A stretch of DNA of 64,000 nt, taken from assembly GCA_037925075.1 (NCBI GenBank), contig JAXSNR010000002.1:256001-320000 (forward strand). Reading direction: 5' to 3'. Source of the stretch: Aquificaceae bacterium (GTDB taxonomy: Bacteria > Aquificota > Aquificia > Aquificales > Aquificaceae). This document shows positions 1 to 10,665 of the stretch, one piece after another; the stretch's first letter is position 1, and the number at the start of each line of letters is the position of its first letter. The notes under the pieces are model-generated. The model was not told the DNA's origin. It saw only the letters and a program-made list of their open reading frames with translations, and did no database searches. The translations under genes and the position numbers were made by a program.

Positions 1-326
1 CGTCCCACGTCTACCGCATACACCCTTTTTGCACCATGCATGAGAAGACAATGGGTAAAGCCACCCGTTGAAGAACCCACATCAAGGCATACAGCATCCT
101 TCACATCAAGCCCAAGCCTCTGTATAGCCCATTCCAGCTTATAGCCCCCTCTGGAAACATACTTGGGAAGCTCTCTGACCTCTACGCTCTGTCCTTCTTT
201 TATCTTTGTCCCCGGCTTTGTTATGGGCTTGCCATCCACATACACAAGCCCAGCCATTATTAGGGCTTGAGCCTTTTCTCTGCTAAGGACATGACCCTTT
301 TCAACAAGATATTGGTCAAGCCTCAA
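1..326 (-). CDS. tlyA: TlyA-family rRNA methyltransferase (S4 domain + FtsJ-like), 3' part runs off the window
   Basis: Manual translation from TTG at 326: [11 protein letters not shown]...SREKAQALIMAG...YVSRGGYKL...CLDVGSSTGGFTHCLL...VYAVDVG; start overlaps the yggT stop. Confidence 0.88.
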   Translation of the reverse strand, partial: MRLDQYLVEKGHVLSREKAQALIMAGLVYVDGKPITKPGTKIKEGQSVEVRELPKYVSRGGYKLEWAIQRLGLDVKDAVCLDVGSSTGGFTHCLLMHGAKRVYAVDVG

Positions 327-562
327 AGCCTTAAAAGGTGTTTTATAAGGTAAAGAAGGAAAAGAAGGATAAGAGGGGAAAAGTCAAGCCCACCCGCTGG
401 TGGAACAATTTTTCTTATTGGGTTGAGCATTGGAGAGATCAGGCTGTCAAGTTTTTCATAAAAACTACTTTCTCTGATTTTTGGTATCCACGAGCCTATG
501 GCATGAAGTATCACAAGAAGTATAAGAAGGTTTATGAGAAAGGATACAATTCCCCTTATCAT
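323..562 (-). CDS. yggT: YggT-family membrane protein
   Basis: Hydrophobic 79 aa with SW...[17 protein letters not shown] motif. Confidence 0.88.
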   Translation of the reverse strand: MIRGIVSFLINLLILLVILHAIGSWIPKIRESSFYEKLDSLISPMLNPIRKIVPPAGGLDFSPLILLFLLYLIKHLLRL

Positions 563-915
563 TCTACAAGTTCAAGAAGGGCAAGCTCACAGCCGTCTCC
601 CTTTCTCCTCTCTGGAAGTTTTATTATTCTTGTGTAGCCCCCTTGCCTGTTTTCAAATCTGGGTGCTACTTCCTCAAAGAGCCTTTTGACAACTTTTCTG
701 TCGGGTATGAGAGAGAGGGCAAGCCTTCTTGAGGCTAAGTCTCCCTTCTTGCCAAGACTTATGAGCCTCTCCACAAAGGGTTTTACTGCCTTAGCCCTCT
801 GAAGGGATGTTTCTATCCTCTCTTCCATTATAAGAGCTTTTGCAAGGGATCTGTACAGGGCTAGCCTTTGCTCCTTTGTCCTATCGAAGTGTTTTTTTCT
901 TACCCTGTGCCTCAT
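559..915 (-). CDS. rplQ: 50S ribosomal protein L17
   Basis: MRHR...R.GGYTRIIK...RKGD motif; follows rpoA. Confidence 0.98.
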   Translation of the reverse strand: MRHRVRKKHFDRTKEQRLALYRSLAKALIMEERIETSLQRAKAVKPFVERLISLGKKGDLASRRLALSLIPDRKVVKRLFEEVAPRFENRQGGYTRIIKLPERRKGDGCELALLELVE

Positions 916-918
916 CTC

Positions 919-1872
919 TTACCTCCTACTTTCTACATCCATGCCAAGATAAAGCCCCATCTGTTTGAGGGCCTCTTTTATCTCGTTTATAGCCTTTCTG
1001 CCCACGTTTTTTGTACCCTTTAGGTCTTCTTCCGTGAGCCTCACCAAGTCTCCTATGGTGGATATGCCCATTCTTTTTATGGAGTTAAGAGCCCTCTGAG
1101 AAACATCAAGCTCTTCTATTGGCAGGCTGAGTTTTTCTACAAACTCCTCCACAAGGCTAACGGGTTCTTCTATAACTGGCACCTCAAAGGATATGTTTTC
1201 AAGAGGGGTAAAGTTCTTCACTATTAGACCAACCGCTTCTTTTACAACCTCGTCAGGAGTCTTTGTGCCGTCTGTGTACACTTCCAATATGAGTCTGTCG
1301 TAGTCGCTCCTCCTTTCTACCCTGGTTTTTTCTACCCTGAAGGAAACCTGACGAACCGGTGAAAAGTCCGCATCCACCAGTATCCACCCTACTTCTCCAA
1401 TAACTTCCATCTCCTCTGTAGGCACGTAACCAAAACCCTTTTCAATTCTTAGCTCTATGTTTATTTCCTTGTTTGTGTCTGTTATGGTAAGTATCTTCTG
1501 GTTGGGGTTTACCACTTCCACGTTGGGAGGTAGGCTTATATCCTTTGCGTAAACTTCACCTTCTCCCTTCTTTTTCAGATACAGTACCTCCACATCGGAG
1601 CTGTGGAGCTTAAACCTAACCTTTTTGAGGTTTGCTATTATTTCGAGAGTGTCCTCTTGAACGCCCTCTATGGATGAAAATTCGTGATAAACACCGTATA
1701 TCTTTACCGCAGTTAGAGCAACGCCCTGTATGGAAGAGAGAAGGGTCCTTCTCAAAGAGTTGCCCACGGTAATGCCAAAACCTCTTTCCAGAGGCTCTAC
1801 TACAAAACGGCCGTATGTTTTTGACCTCTCCTCCCAATAAACCTTTGAGGGGAAAAGAAACTCTCTTGTCAT
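919..1872 (-). CDS. rpoA: RNA polymerase subunit alpha
   Basis: EPLERGFGITVGNSLRRTLLSS, HEFSSIEGV, C-terminal alpha-CTD. Confidence 0.98.
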   Translation of the reverse strand: MTREFLFPSKVYWEERSKTYGRFVVEPLERGFGITVGNSLRRTLLSSIQGVALTAVKIYGVYHEFSSIEGVQEDTLEIIANLKKVRFKLHSSDVEVLYLKKKGEGEVYAKDISLPPNVEVVNPNQKILTITDTNKEINIELRIEKGFGYVPTEEMEVIGEVGWILVDADFSPVRQVSFRVEKTRVERRSDYDRLILEVYTDGTKTPDEVVKEAVGLIVKNFTPLENISFEVPVIEEPVSLVEEFVEKLSLPIEELDVSQRALNSIKRMGISTIGDLVRLTEEDLKGTKNVGRKAINEIKEALKQMGLYLGMDVESRR

Positions 1873-1884
1873 ACTCTTTCCTCC

Positions 1885-2514
1885 TTAGACCCTTGAGTAG
1901 AACTCTATTATGTATTGGAGGTTGACGGGAACCTCCAGTTGAATATCCCTTGGAAGGTCTATAACCTTTCCTCTAAAGTTTTCCTTGTCCAACTCAAGCC
2001 AAGGCGGGACGCTTCTTGGGTCTATGTTTTGCAGGTTTTCCAGAATCTGTGGTATGTCTCTTGATGAGGGCTTTAGCTCTATTATGTCTCCCACTTCTAC
2101 CCTGTAAGAAGGTATGTCCACCTTCCTGCCGTTTATCAAAAAGTGTCCGTGCGCGACCCACTGCCTTGCCTGCCTTCTTGTGCTTGCAAAACCGAGCCTG
2201 TAAACCACATTGTCTAACCTTCTTTCCAAGAGCTGAAGAAGAACCTGACCTGTGTTGCCTTTTGAACGGGATGCTTCATCAAAGTATCTTTTGAACTGCT
2301 TTTCCCTTAAGCCTCCGTATAGGAATTTAAGCTTTTGCTTTTCCAAAAGCCTTATACCGTATTCGGTCAGTTTTCTTCTTCTGCCCTTTACCCTTCCATG
2401 CTGACCGGGTGGAAAGTTCCTCCTGGCTAAGGTTTTTGGGGCGCTTTTCTTGCTTGAAACAACCACACCGAGCTTTCTGTCTGCCCTTACCTGAGGTCCT
2501 ATATACCTACCCAT
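1885..2514 (-). CDS. rpsD: 30S ribosomal protein S4
   Basis: PPGQHG, EKQK, LERRLDNVVYRLGF, VDIPSY, EFYSR. Confidence 0.98.
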   Translation of the reverse strand: MGRYIGPQVRADRKLGVVVSSKKSAPKTLARRNFPPGQHGRVKGRRRKLTEYGIRLLEKQKLKFLYGGLREKQFKRYFDEASRSKGNTGQVLLQLLERRLDNVVYRLGFASTRRQARQWVAHGHFLINGRKVDIPSYRVEVGDIIELKPSSRDIPQILENLQNIDPRSVPPWLELDKENFRGKVIDLPRDIQLEVPVNLQYIIEFYSRV

Positions 2515-2517
2515 GCC

Positions 2518-2907
2518 TTAGACCCTCCTCTTTGCTGGTGGTCTGCATCCGTTGTGAGGTATGGGTGTTATGTCCCTTATGGCTTTTATCTTTATGCCTG
2601 CGGCATAGACTGCCCTAAGAGCCGATTCCCTTCCTGCACCTGCTCCTTTTACCCTTACTTCCGCTTCTTGAAGTCCGTACTCCTGCACAGCCCTTTTTGC
2701 TGCCTTTTGAGCTGCTAACTGTGCCGCGTAGGGGGTACTTTTCCTTGTTCCCTTAAAACCCACGGTACCACCGCTTTCCCAAAGGAGCACGTTGCCCTGC
2801 TTGTCTGTTATGGTCACTATGGTGTTGTTGAAGGTGCTAAGTATGTGAACTATTCCTTCGGTTACTGTCTTTTTTTGCTTTTTAGGTTGTTGTTGCCTTC
2901 TTGCCAT
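2518..2907 (-). CDS. rpsK: 30S ribosomal protein S11
   Basis: [41 protein letters not shown] at 2907 with GGAGG upstream. Confidence 0.98.
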   Translation of the reverse strand: MARRQQQPKKQKKTVTEGIVHILSTFNNTIVTITDKQGNVLLWESGGTVGFKGTRKSTPYAAQLAAQKAAKRAVQEYGLQEAEVRVKGAGAGRESALRAVYAAGIKIKAIRDITPIPHNGCRPPAKRRV

Positions 2908-2918
2908 CAATTACCTCC

Positions 2919-3299
2919 TTACTTAACTATCTTTTTCTTTGTCCCGCCCACAGTTTTCCTTTTGCCCTTTCTGGTTCTTGAGTTGGTCTTCGTCTGCTGA
3001 CCTCTTACGGGCAGGCCCTTTACGTGCCTAATACCCCTATAGCATCCCATGTCTATGAGCTTTTTTATGTTCATTTGCACTTCTCTTCTGAGGTCACCTT
3101 CCACGGTAAAGTTTTGTTCTATAAACTTCCTTATGATGTTTAGCTCTTCTGGGGTTAGCTCTCCTAGTCTCTTTGTGCCCGGTATACCAGTCTTGCTACA
3201 TATCTCCCTTGCCCTCGACCAACCAATACCGTATAGGTATGTAAGTGCAACTTCCAGCTTTTTACCATCTGGGAGGTCAACGCCAGCTATTCTTGCCAT
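2919..3299 (-). CDS. rpsM: 30S ribosomal protein S13
   Basis: [28 protein letters not shown]. Confidence 0.98.
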   Translation of the reverse strand: MARIAGVDLPDGKKLEVALTYLYGIGWSRAREICSKTGIPGTKRLGELTPEELNIIRKFIEQNFTVEGDLRREVQMNIKKLIDMGCYRGIRHVKGLPVRGQQTKTNSRTRKGKRKTVGGTKKKIVK

Positions 3300-3310
3300 C
3301 TCTTACCTCC

Positions 3311-3427
3311 TTAACTACCCTGTCTTTGCTTGTGTTTTGGGTTTTCGCATATAACCATGACTCTACCCTTTCTTCTTATCACCTTACACTTGGCACACAT
3401 GGGTTTTACAGAAGGCTTTACCTTCAT
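3311..3427 (-). CDS. rpmJ: 50S ribosomal protein L36 (Zn-ribbon type), not in the ORF track
   Basis: Manual translation [45 protein letters not shown] upstream. Confidence 0.97.
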   Translation of the reverse strand: MKVKPSVKPMCAKCKVIRRKGRVMVICENPKHKQRQGS

Positions 3428-3450
3428 ACTTACCTCCTTGTAAGCTAAAA

Positions 3451-3459
3451 ATTATAGCA
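3451..3459 (-). promoter_or_regulatory. Extended -10 element (TGcTATAAT) of the rpmJ-rpsM-rpoA operon promoter
   Basis: Consensus TGnTATAAT on the minus strand about 25 nt upstream of rpmJ. Confidence 0.6.
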
Positions 3460-3463
3460 TAAA

Positions 3464-3703
3464 TCATCCCCTGTAGACTATCCTTCCGCGAGTAAGGTCA
3501 TAGGGTGAGAGTTCCACCTTTACCTTGTCGCCGGGCAGTATTCTTATGAAGTGTATTCTCATCTTGCCAGATACGTGGGCAAGCACTTCGTGTCCAGTTT
3601 CCAACTTTACCCTAAACATGGCGTTGGGCAGAGCTTCTAAGACCTCACCTTCAAGCACTATGCCCTTTTCCTTCTGTTTTTCTTCTCCCTTCTTTTTAGC
3701 CAT
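3464..3703 (-). CDS. infA: Translation initiation factor IF-1
   Basis: [41 protein letters not shown]. Confidence 0.98.
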   Translation of the reverse strand: MAKKKGEEKQKEKGIVLEGEVLEALPNAMFRVKLETGHEVLAHVSGKMRIHFIRILPGDKVKVELSPYDLTRGRIVYRG

Positions 3704-4487
3704 CCTTGAACTCCGTTAGCACTATTGGTCCCTGCTTGGTTATGGCTACCACATACTCGTAGTGGGCTGCAGGGCTTTTGTCTGCGGTTATCACAGTCCA
3801 GCGGTCTCCGTCGTGTGCTATCTCTTCTGTGCCAAGGGAAAGCATGGGTTCAAGGGCAACAACCATACCTTGCCTTAGCTTGTAGTCCTTCTTTTCCCTT
3901 CTTAGGGTTTCTGGGTGGTTTGGTATAAAAGGCTCTTCATGAACTTTCCTTCCTATGCCATGCCCGCCAAGGTTCTTTAATGGATAAACACCGTACTTCT
4001 TGGCCACCTTGTAGATGGCTTCCACTATGTCTGAAACCCAGTTGCCCGGCACGCAAACCTTAACTGCCTCTTCAAGGGCTTCTCTTGTTGCCTTCATGAG
4101 CATTTCCTTTTCTTTGCTTATTTCACCCACTGCCACAGTAAGGGCTGAGTCCCCTGCGTAGCCTTCCACATAAGCCCCAAAGTCTAAACTGATGATGTCA
4201 CCCTCTTTTATTATCTGTTCTCTTTTTGGAAGACCATGAACCACCGCCTCGTTCACAGAAACGCAAAGGCTTGCTGGGAACCTTTCGTTGCTAAAGGGTG
4301 GCTTGTAGTTAAGGAAGGCAGGCTTTGCACCTCTTTTTTTTGCCTCTTCTCTTGCTATGAGGTCAAGCTCGTAGGTGGAGACTCCTGGCTTTACATGTTT
4401 TACTAAAGCCTGCAAAACCTCAACCACCACATCGCAAGCCCTTTTTATTTTCTCAATCTCCTTAAAAGAATACAACTCAACCGCCAT
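3696..4487 (-). CDS. map: Type I methionine aminopeptidase
   Basis: [15 protein letters not shown]...G..GD, GHGIG..VHE.P, LEPM; between adk and infA. Confidence 0.97.
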   Translation of the reverse strand: MAVELYSFKEIEKIKRACDVVVEVLQALVKHVKPGVSTYELDLIAREEAKKRGAKPAFLNYKPPFSNERFPASLCVSVNEAVVHGLPKREQIIKEGDIISLDFGAYVEGYAGDSALTVAVGEISKEKEMLMKATREALEEAVKVCVPGNWVSDIVEAIYKVAKKYGVYPLKNLGGHGIGRKVHEEPFIPNHPETLRREKKDYKLRQGMVVALEPMLSLGTEEIAHDGDRWTVITADKSPAAHYEYVVAITKQGPIVLTEFKDG

Positions 4488-5118
4488 CTTTTAACACCTT
4501 TAACAATCTTCTGTTTATTTCCTGTATGTCTTGCTCTGCGTCCAGCCTTATTAATTTATCCCTTTCTTCGTAGAATTCAACAAGAGGTCTTGTCTGCTCT
4601 GTGTACACTCTGTACCTTCTCCTTACCACCTCCTCCTTGTCATCTTCTCTCTGCACCAAACTTCCACCGCATAGGTCGCACACGCCTTCCTTTTTGGGTG
4701 GGTTGTACCTTTTGTGGTATACAGCACCACATTGAGAGCAGGTGAGCCTTCCAGAAAGCCTGTCCACCACCACCTCTTCAGAAAGGTCAAAGAGAAAAAC
4801 CTTATCCACGCCTTTTCCATACCTTTTTAACATTTCCTCAAGGGCAATAGCCTGTGGAACCGTCCTTGGAAAGCCATCAAGAATAAAACCACCTTCTTTG
4901 GGCATAACCTCTTCTATAAGGGCTACCATAAGGTTATCTGGCACAAGCTCTCCCTTGTCCATGTACTCCTTTGCCTTTATACCTAGCTCAGTTTGCTTCC
5001 TTACCGCATCTCTGAGGATATCACCAGTGGATATGTGCAAAAGACCAAGCTCTTGAGAGAGCTTTTTCGCTTGCGTACCCTTACCAGAACCCGGGGGTCC
5101 CAGAAAGACCACTATCAC
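4477..5118 (-). CDS. adk: Adenylate kinase (Zn-lid type)
   Basis: GPPGSGKGTQ, HISTGD, LDGFPRT, CxxC...CxxC lid. Confidence 0.98.
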   Translation of the reverse strand: MIVVFLGPPGSGKGTQAKKLSQELGLLHISTGDILRDAVRKQTELGIKAKEYMDKGELVPDNLMVALIEEVMPKEGGFILDGFPRTVPQAIALEEMLKRYGKGVDKVFLFDLSEEVVVDRLSGRLTCSQCGAVYHKRYNPPKKEGVCDLCGGSLVQREDDKEEVVRRRYRVYTEQTRPLVEFYEERDKLIRLDAEQDIQEINRRLLKVLKDGG

Positions 5119-6410
5119 CTTACTTTCCTCCTGTATTTTGTATACTTTTGCTGTAGAAGCTGGGCTTCAAGCTTGTTTATGGTATCAAGAGCGACACCCA
5201 CCACTATGAGGGCGGTTGTTCCTCCAAAGTAGAAGGGGACCTTTAGCCAAAGGCTCACAAAGATGGGCACCACCGCCACCACGCTAAGGAAGATGGCCCC
5301 TACAAGGGCAAGCCTGTTTACGATGTACTCAAGGTACTTTTGCGTGTCCTGACCGGGTCTTATACCTGGGATGAAAGCTCCACCCTTCTTGAGGTTATCC
5401 GCCACATCCACGGGGTTTATGAGCACCGCGGTGTAAAAATAGGTGAAGAAGATTATGAAGGCTATGTAGAGTATGTTGTAGGGAAGGGTGGTGGGGTTAA
5501 AGGCATCGTGCAAAGCCCTCGCTATAGGATGTTGTATAAAACCCAAGACCGTTGAGGGTATTATAAGAAGGGACTGGGCAAAGATGATGGGTATAACGCC
5601 CGCAGGGTTTATCTTTATGGGAAGATAGCTGGAAGAGCCCATAACTTCTTGCCTTCCTATCTGTCTTCTAGGATACTGCACGGGTATTCTTCTTTCCGCC
5701 TCCTGTATGAACACAATACCCACCACCACCGCCAGAACGAAAAGTATGGCACCTACAAAGGCAAAGGGTGATATGTCCCCGTTCCTGAGCATGTCCCATA
5801 CCCTTATACCTGCACTGGGAAAACCTGCCACTATACCTGCAAATATAAGAAGGGACATACCGTTGCCTATGCCCTTTTCTGTGATCCTGTCCCCCACCCA
5901 CATAAGAAACATGGTGGATGAGACAAGGGCTATTATGGTGGTTATGGAAAAGAGTATTCCCGCATCCGGTACTATGGGAGTGCCTTTTGGTGATACCTGA
6001 CCCTGAAGCCATGTGGCTATACCTACAGACTGTACAAAGGACACAAAAAGGGTTAGGTATCTGGTGTATTGGTTTATCTTATACCTTCCGTAGTCCCCTT
6101 CTTCCTTTGCGAGCCTTTGGAGCTCTGGCACTGCCACCGTGAGAAGTTGCATCATTATGGAAGCGGAAATATAGGGCATGACCCCCAGAGCAAAAAGGGT
6201 CATTCTGCTCAGATTTCCACCGGAAAAGATATCGTAAAGATAAAAGAGGGTTCCCTCAAAGCTTTTGAAAAACTCCTGAAGTGCTGTGGTGTCTATACCG
6301 GGAAGCGGTATATGGCTACCAAGTCTGTATATGGCTAACATAACCAGGGTGTAAAAAAGCCTCTTTTTAAAATCCTCAAGGGAGAGAAGCTGTTTTATAT
6401 ACTCTACCAC
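5115..6410 (-). CDS. secY: Preprotein translocase SecY
   Basis: [41 protein letters not shown]. Confidence 0.98.
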   Translation of the reverse strand: MVEYIKQLLSLEDFKKRLFYTLVMLAIYRLGSHIPLPGIDTTALQEFFKSFEGTLFYLYDIFSGGNLSRMTLFALGVMPYISASIMMQLLTVAVPELQRLAKEEGDYGRYKINQYTRYLTLFVSFVQSVGIATWLQGQVSPKGTPIVPDAGILFSITTIIALVSSTMFLMWVGDRITEKGIGNGMSLLIFAGIVAGFPSAGIRVWDMLRNGDISPFAFVGAILFVLAVVVGIVFIQEAERRIPVQYPRRQIGRQEVMGSSSYLPIKINPAGVIPIIFAQSLLIIPSTVLGFIQHPIARALHDAFNPTTLPYNILYIAFIIFFTYFYTAVLINPVDVADNLKKGGAFIPGIRPGQDTQKYLEYIVNRLALVGAIFLSVVAVVPIFVSLWLKVPFYFGGTTALIVVGVALDTINKLEAQLLQQKYTKYRRKVR

Positions 6411-6853
6411 TTTAACTCCTCACAGCTTCCACCGAGGGCTTGTATCTTCTGCCTTGCGGACTGAGAAAAGGCATGGGCTTTTACTATTAGGGGTTTGGTA
6501 AGCTCTCCATCTCCCAGGACCTTAACTGGCATACCCTTTCTTACAAGACCCTTTTGTAAAAGCACTTCCGGGCTTACCTCTTGACCTGCATCAAAGTATC
6601 TTTCAAGGGTTTTGAGGTTCACAACCGCATATTCGGTCCTGTTTATGGGCCTGAAGCCCCTCTTTGGTACCCTTTTGTGAAGGGGTGTCTGTCCGCCCTC
6701 AAACCATGAAGGAAGCCTCCTGTCTCCAGACCTTGTCTTTTGTCCCTTATGACCCTTTCCGCAGGTTTTACCAAGCCCAGAGCCTATACCTCTTCCTACC
6801 CTTCTCTTTTCCTTTACCGCCCCTTCATTGGGTGCAAGCTCATGCAACTTCAT
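6404..6853 (-). CDS. rplO: 50S ribosomal protein L15
   Basis: [32 protein letters not shown]. Confidence 0.98.
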   Translation of the reverse strand: MKLHELAPNEGAVKEKRRVGRGIGSGLGKTCGKGHKGQKTRSGDRRLPSWFEGGQTPLHKRVPKRGFRPINRTEYAVVNLKTLERYFDAGQEVSPEVLLQKGLVRKGMPVKVLGDGELTKPLIVKAHAFSQSARQKIQALGGSCEELKW

Positions 6854-7035
6854 CCTTTGACCTCCTCTACATGAAGAAGGTAAGACGCCTTGCGTATGTT
6901 TCCCCTTACCATAGGGTTGTCCTCAAGCAAGACTTCTTGGCCTACTTTCCTAAGCCCAAGGCTTCTTACTGCCTTTATCTGAGCTTCAGGTTTTCCTGCT
7001 AAACCTCTAACAAGTTTTACCCTGAGCCTTGCCAT
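6850..7035 (-). CDS. rpmD: 50S ribosomal protein L30
   Basis: 61 aa, LGLRK...RGNI motif; between rpsE and rplO. Confidence 0.95.
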   Translation of the reverse strand: MARLRVKLVRGLAGKPEAQIKAVRSLGLRKVGQEVLLEDNPMVRGNIRKASYLLHVEEVKG

Positions 7036-7046
7036 GGGGTTCCTCC

Positions 7047-7634
7047 TTATGGTATGCGTAGGTCTCTTGCGTATATGTGGTATCTTTCCCTTAGAAGATC
7101 TGGGTCTATACCCCTTTCCCTTGCCACCTCTTCTATAGACCTAAGCTTAAGAAGGGCGTCAAAGACCGCCCTTACCACATTGTTGGGGTTTGTGCTTCCC
7201 TGAAGCTTGGTGAGCACGTCCGTGTAGCCAGCCAGTTCAAAGATGGGCTTGGCGGCACCACCCGCCACGATACCTGTACCTCTCCTTGCGGGTATAACCT
7301 TTATCATGGTTGGGCCGTAGTGACCTACCACATCGTGAGGCACTGTCCCGTTCTCTATGGGCACCCTTATAAGGTGTTTCTTCCCGTCCTCTATGGCTTT
7401 TGCGATGGCTATGGGGACTTCCCTCGCCTTTCCAAGTCCAAAGCCCACAAAACCCCTTTTATCACCCACTATAACCAGGGCACTGAAGGAAAACCTTTTC
7501 CCACCCTTTGTTACCCTTGTGGTTCTTTTGGCGTATATGAGCCTTTCTTCTATCTGCAGCTGGTCTTCAAGTTCAGCTACCTTTTGGATTCTCCTTTTGG
7601 CGTCAATAGACCTTTCAATTGATATTCCACCCAT
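7047..7634 (-). CDS. rpsE: 30S ribosomal protein S5
   Basis: VTKGGKRFSFSALVIVGD, GKAREVP, GTGIVAGG. Confidence 0.98.
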   Translation of the reverse strand: MGGISIERSIDAKRRIQKVAELEDQLQIEERLIYAKRTTRVTKGGKRFSFSALVIVGDKRGFVGFGLGKAREVPIAIAKAIEDGKKHLIRVPIENGTVPHDVVGHYGPTMIKVIPARRGTGIVAGGAAKPIFELAGYTDVLTKLQGSTNPNNVVRAVFDALLKLRSIEEVARERGIDPDLLRERYHIYARDLRIP

Positions 7635-7645
7635 CTTTACCTCCT

Positions 7646-8023
7646 TTAAAATTCAAGCCCAAGCTCTCTGCATCTATCCGCAAAAGCTTTTATCTTTCCA
7701 TGATAGAGAAAGCCACCCCTATCAAAAACCACCTTCTTTATACCCTTTTCTGTAGCTCTCTTAACAAGGAGCTCCGCAACCTTTTGCACATCCTCTATGG
7801 ACTTTCCACCCCTTTTGCCTGCCATCTGGACAAACTCAGGGTCTATGGAAGAGGCGGACACCAATGTCCTTGATTGACCTCCAGAGTCATCCACTATCTG
7901 GGCGTAAAAGGCATTGACGCTTCTGTATACACTTAGCCTTGGTCTTTCTGGAGTTCCCGCAATTTTCTTTCTTATCCTCTTGTGCCTTCTTTCTCTTTTT
8001 TCATGCCTGCTAAGCTTTGCCAT
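7646..8023 (-). CDS. rplR: 50S ribosomal protein L18
   Basis: [25 protein letters not shown]. Confidence 0.98.
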   Translation of the reverse strand: MAKLSRHEKRERRHKRIRKKIAGTPERPRLSVYRSVNAFYAQIVDDSGGQSRTLVSASSIDPEFVQMAGKRGGKSIEDVQKVAELLVKRATEKGIKKVVFDRGGFLYHGKIKAFADRCRELGLEF

Positions 8024-8034
8024 GCCTGACCTCC

Positions 8035-8589
8035 TTACTTCTTACCACCCTTACCCTTTCCTGCGGCTTTTCCGGCCTTTAGCCTGAGCACTTCACCCTC
8101 GTACCTTATACCCTTGCCCTTGTAGACGTTGGGCTTTCTAAAAGCTCTTATCTGGGCACAAACTTGACCCACCCTATCCTTATCTATGCCGCTTACGTAT
8201 ATTTTGTTTTCTTTTACTTCTATCTTCACATCCGGAGGTATGGGATAAACCACAGGATGGGAGAGTCCAAGGCTAAGCTCTAAGTTGCTGCCCTTGACAG
8301 CGGCCCTATAACCAAGCCCTACCACTTCAAGCACCTTGGTAAAGCCCTCGGTGACTCCCTTTATCATATTCCTTATAAGAGCGGCGGTTGTTCCGTGCAT
8401 GGCCCTGTGAAAGGGTTGGTCCGTGGGCCTTTCTACCCTTATGGTGTTTCCATCAAGAATTACCTTTATATCTGGGTGCACTCTCATGGAAAGCTTGCCC
8501 TTCGGACCTTCCACCTTAAGCTCGCCCTCTTGAAGGCTTACCTTAACGCCTTGAGGAATTTCAATGGGTTTTTTGCCTATCCTTGACAT
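8035..8589 (-). CDS. rplF: 50S ribosomal protein L6
   Basis: [22 protein letters not shown]. Confidence 0.98.
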   Translation of the reverse strand: MSRIGKKPIEIPQGVKVSLQEGELKVEGPKGKLSMRVHPDIKVILDGNTIRVERPTDQPFHRAMHGTTAALIRNMIKGVTEGFTKVLEVVGLGYRAAVKGSNLELSLGLSHPVVYPIPPDVKIEVKENKIYVSGIDKDRVGQVCAQIRAFRKPNVYKGKGIRYEGEVLRLKAGKAAGKGKGGKK

Positions 8590-8598
8590 GTTCGCACC

Positions 8599-9003
8599 TC
8601 ACCACACATAGGCTAATAACTCTCCACCTTTGCCAAGCTTTCTTGCTTCGTGGTCTGTTATAAGACCCGAGTCGGTGGAGAGTATGGCTATACCAAAGCC
8701 CCTCTGTACGTGGGGGATCTTGTGCTTGGGAGTGTATATTCTCCTTCCGGGTTTGGAAACCTTTTCAAGCTCAGATATGGCGTTCCTTTCCTTTTTGGGG
8801 TCAAGGTATTTCAGGTGAATCCTTAGCATGTACTGGGTACCCTTCTTGCCCTCTTCAAGCCTTTCCCAACCTTTTATGTAGCCCTCCTTCTTGAGAAGCT
8901 CTAATATGGATTCCTTTAACCTTGAGGAGGGCACATCCACGTAGTCCATCCTTCTCCTTATTGCGTTCTTTATTGCAGAGAACATATCCGCGACTGGGTC
9001 CAT
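8599..9003 (-). CDS. rpsH: 30S ribosomal protein S8
   Basis: DPVADM, VSKPGRRIY, GIAILST..G, GGE..YVW. Confidence 0.98.
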   Translation of the reverse strand: MDPVADMFSAIKNAIRRRMDYVDVPSSRLKESILELLKKEGYIKGWERLEEGKKGTQYMLRIHLKYLDPKKERNAISELEKVSKPGRRIYTPKHKIPHVQRGFGIAILSTDSGLITDHEARKLGKGGELLAYVW

Positions 9004-9014
9004 CTTTTACCTCC

Positions 9015-9203
9015 TTACCAGCTGGACTTTTTGATACCGGGAAGTTCGCCCTTTAGGGCAAGCTCCCTAAAGCAAAGCCTACACATACCAAATTGCCTTA
9101 AAAATCCTCTTGGCCTACCACACAGAGGGCATCTGTTTTTCTGCCGGACTGTATACTTTGGAAAATGCTTAACATCCTTTGCCACTTTTGCCTTTCTTGC
9201 CAT
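9015..9203 (-). CDS. rpsN: 30S ribosomal protein S14 (short Zn-binding type Z)
   Basis: [26 protein letters not shown]. Confidence 0.97.
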   Translation of the reverse strand: MARKAKVAKDVKHFPKYTVRQKNRCPLCGRPRGFLRQFGMCRLCFRELALKGELPGIKKSSW

Positions 9204-9204
9204 A

Positions 9205-9774
9205 TTAACCTCCTACACTCCTTATGGGAAGCCCCAGCAAGGAAAGAAGCCAAAAAGCTTCCTCGTCTGTTTCTGCGGTGGTATGGATTATGATGTCCAT
9301 ACCTCTTATGGCGTCCACCTTCTCATAATCTATCTCTGGAAACACTATCTGCTCCCCTATGCCAAAGGCGTAGTTCCCTCTTCCGTCAAAGGACCTTGGG
9401 TTAAGACCCTTAAAGTCCTTCACCCTTGGTAGTGCCACGCATATGAGCTTGTCCAAAAAGTCCCACATCCTTTCCTTTCTCAGTGTTACCTTTAGGCCTA
9501 CGGGCATACCCTTCCTAAGCTTGAAGCCCGCCTCTGATTTCTTTGCCCTTCTAACCGCAGGTTGTTGACCTGTTATAGCCCTGAGGTCTTCCATTGCCCT
9601 TTCAAGCTGCTTTATGTCTCCTACCGCCTCACCCACACCCATATTGACCACCACCTTGACTATCTTAGGCACTTCCATTGGGTTCTTGTAGCCGAAGCGG
9701 TTTATAAGCTTGGGAATTACCTCTTCCTTGTACTTGTTGTAAAGCCTTGGTACATACTTGGTTTCCACACTCAT
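9205..9774 (-). CDS. rplE: 50S ribosomal protein L5
   Basis: [34 protein letters not shown]. Confidence 0.98.
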   Translation of the reverse strand: MSVETKYVPRLYNKYKEEVIPKLINRFGYKNPMEVPKIVKVVVNMGVGEAVGDIKQLERAMEDLRAITGQQPAVRRAKKSEAGFKLRKGMPVGLKVTLRKERMWDFLDKLICVALPRVKDFKGLNPRSFDGRGNYAFGIGEQIVFPEIDYEKVDAIRGMDIIIHTTAETDEEAFWLLSLLGLPIRSVGG

Positions 9775-10127
9775 GCCTTAACCCCCACTTTTTCTCTTAT
9801 AAGGTCAATGTTTTCGTTGCACTTTTTGCAGTATCTGTATTTCCTCAGCGTATCCCCTTCCACAAGGGTCCTTATGCCCACCCTCGTTGGCTTTTCACAC
9901 TTGGGACATATGAGCATCACATTGCTAAGGTGAATGGGGGCTTCCACTTGGTATATGCCACCTTCTCTTACATTGGGTACCTCTTTTATGTGTTTTTTTA
10001 CGAGGTTTACATCTTTCACTATCACCCTGTTCTCTTCCCTAATAACTTTTATGACTTCTCCAGTTTTCCCTTTCTCTTTTCCTCTCAGAACAACAACCGT
10101 ATCACCCTTTTTTATTCTCTGAGCCAT
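9771..10127 (-). CDS. rplX: 50S ribosomal protein L24
   Basis: [26 protein letters not shown]. Confidence 0.98.
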   Translation of the reverse strand: MAQRIKKGDTVVVLRGKEKGKTGEVIKVIREENRVIVKDVNLVKKHIKEVPNVREGGIYQVEAPIHLSNVMLICPKCEKPTRVGIRTLVEGDTLRKYRYCKKCNENIDLIREKVGVKA

Positions 10128-10492
10128 CAGACCACCTCCGGAGCGAGAGATGCCAACTTAGTAAAGCCCCTGTTTCTAACCTCTCTGGCTATGGGACCAA
10201 GTATACGCGTGCCCAGAGGTTCTCCATACTGATTGAGAAGAACCACCGCATTGTCATCAAACTTTATGTAGCTACCATCGGGACGCCTTACCTCTTTTTT
10301 TGTCCTCACAACCACAGCTCTGTAAACCTTACCTTTTTTTGCCGGGCTGTTGGGCGCCGCCACCTTGACGGTAACCGTGACCACATCACCTGCGGTAGCG
10401 TAGTCTCTTGGGGCATATGGTATGCCTATTATCTGAACCTTTTTGGCTCCCGAGTTGTCCGCAACATTTGCATAACTCTGCCTTTGTATCAT
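10127..10492 (-). CDS. rplN: 50S ribosomal protein L14
   Basis: MIQ...[27 protein letters not shown]. Confidence 0.98.
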   Translation of the reverse strand: MIQRQSYANVADNSGAKKVQIIGIPYAPRDYATAGDVVTVTVKVAAPNSPAKKGKVYRAVVVRTKKEVRRPDGSYIKFDDNAVVLLNQYGEPLGTRILGPIAREVRNRGFTKLASLAPEVV

Positions 10493-10521
10493 GGCTTTCT
10501 CACCTCTATAACAAGCTAAAA

Positions 10522-10604
10522 ATTATACCACTAAGCAATACCTTTTACGGAAGCGTTTCCAATCAAGACTGTTTATTTTAATCCAATCAATAAGTCTCTG
10601 TCAA
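10522..10604 (-). promoter_or_regulatory. Two candidate sigma70-type promoters upstream of rplN
   Basis: Minus-strand TGgTATAAT at 10530-10522; minus-strand TTGACA (10604-10599)-N18-TAAAAT (10580-10575). Confidence 0.55.
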
Positions 10605-10665
10605 GTGGTAAAAAGGCTTACAGAGGGCATTAGAGGTTTTTATGTTGGCTTATACTTTATTCCCT

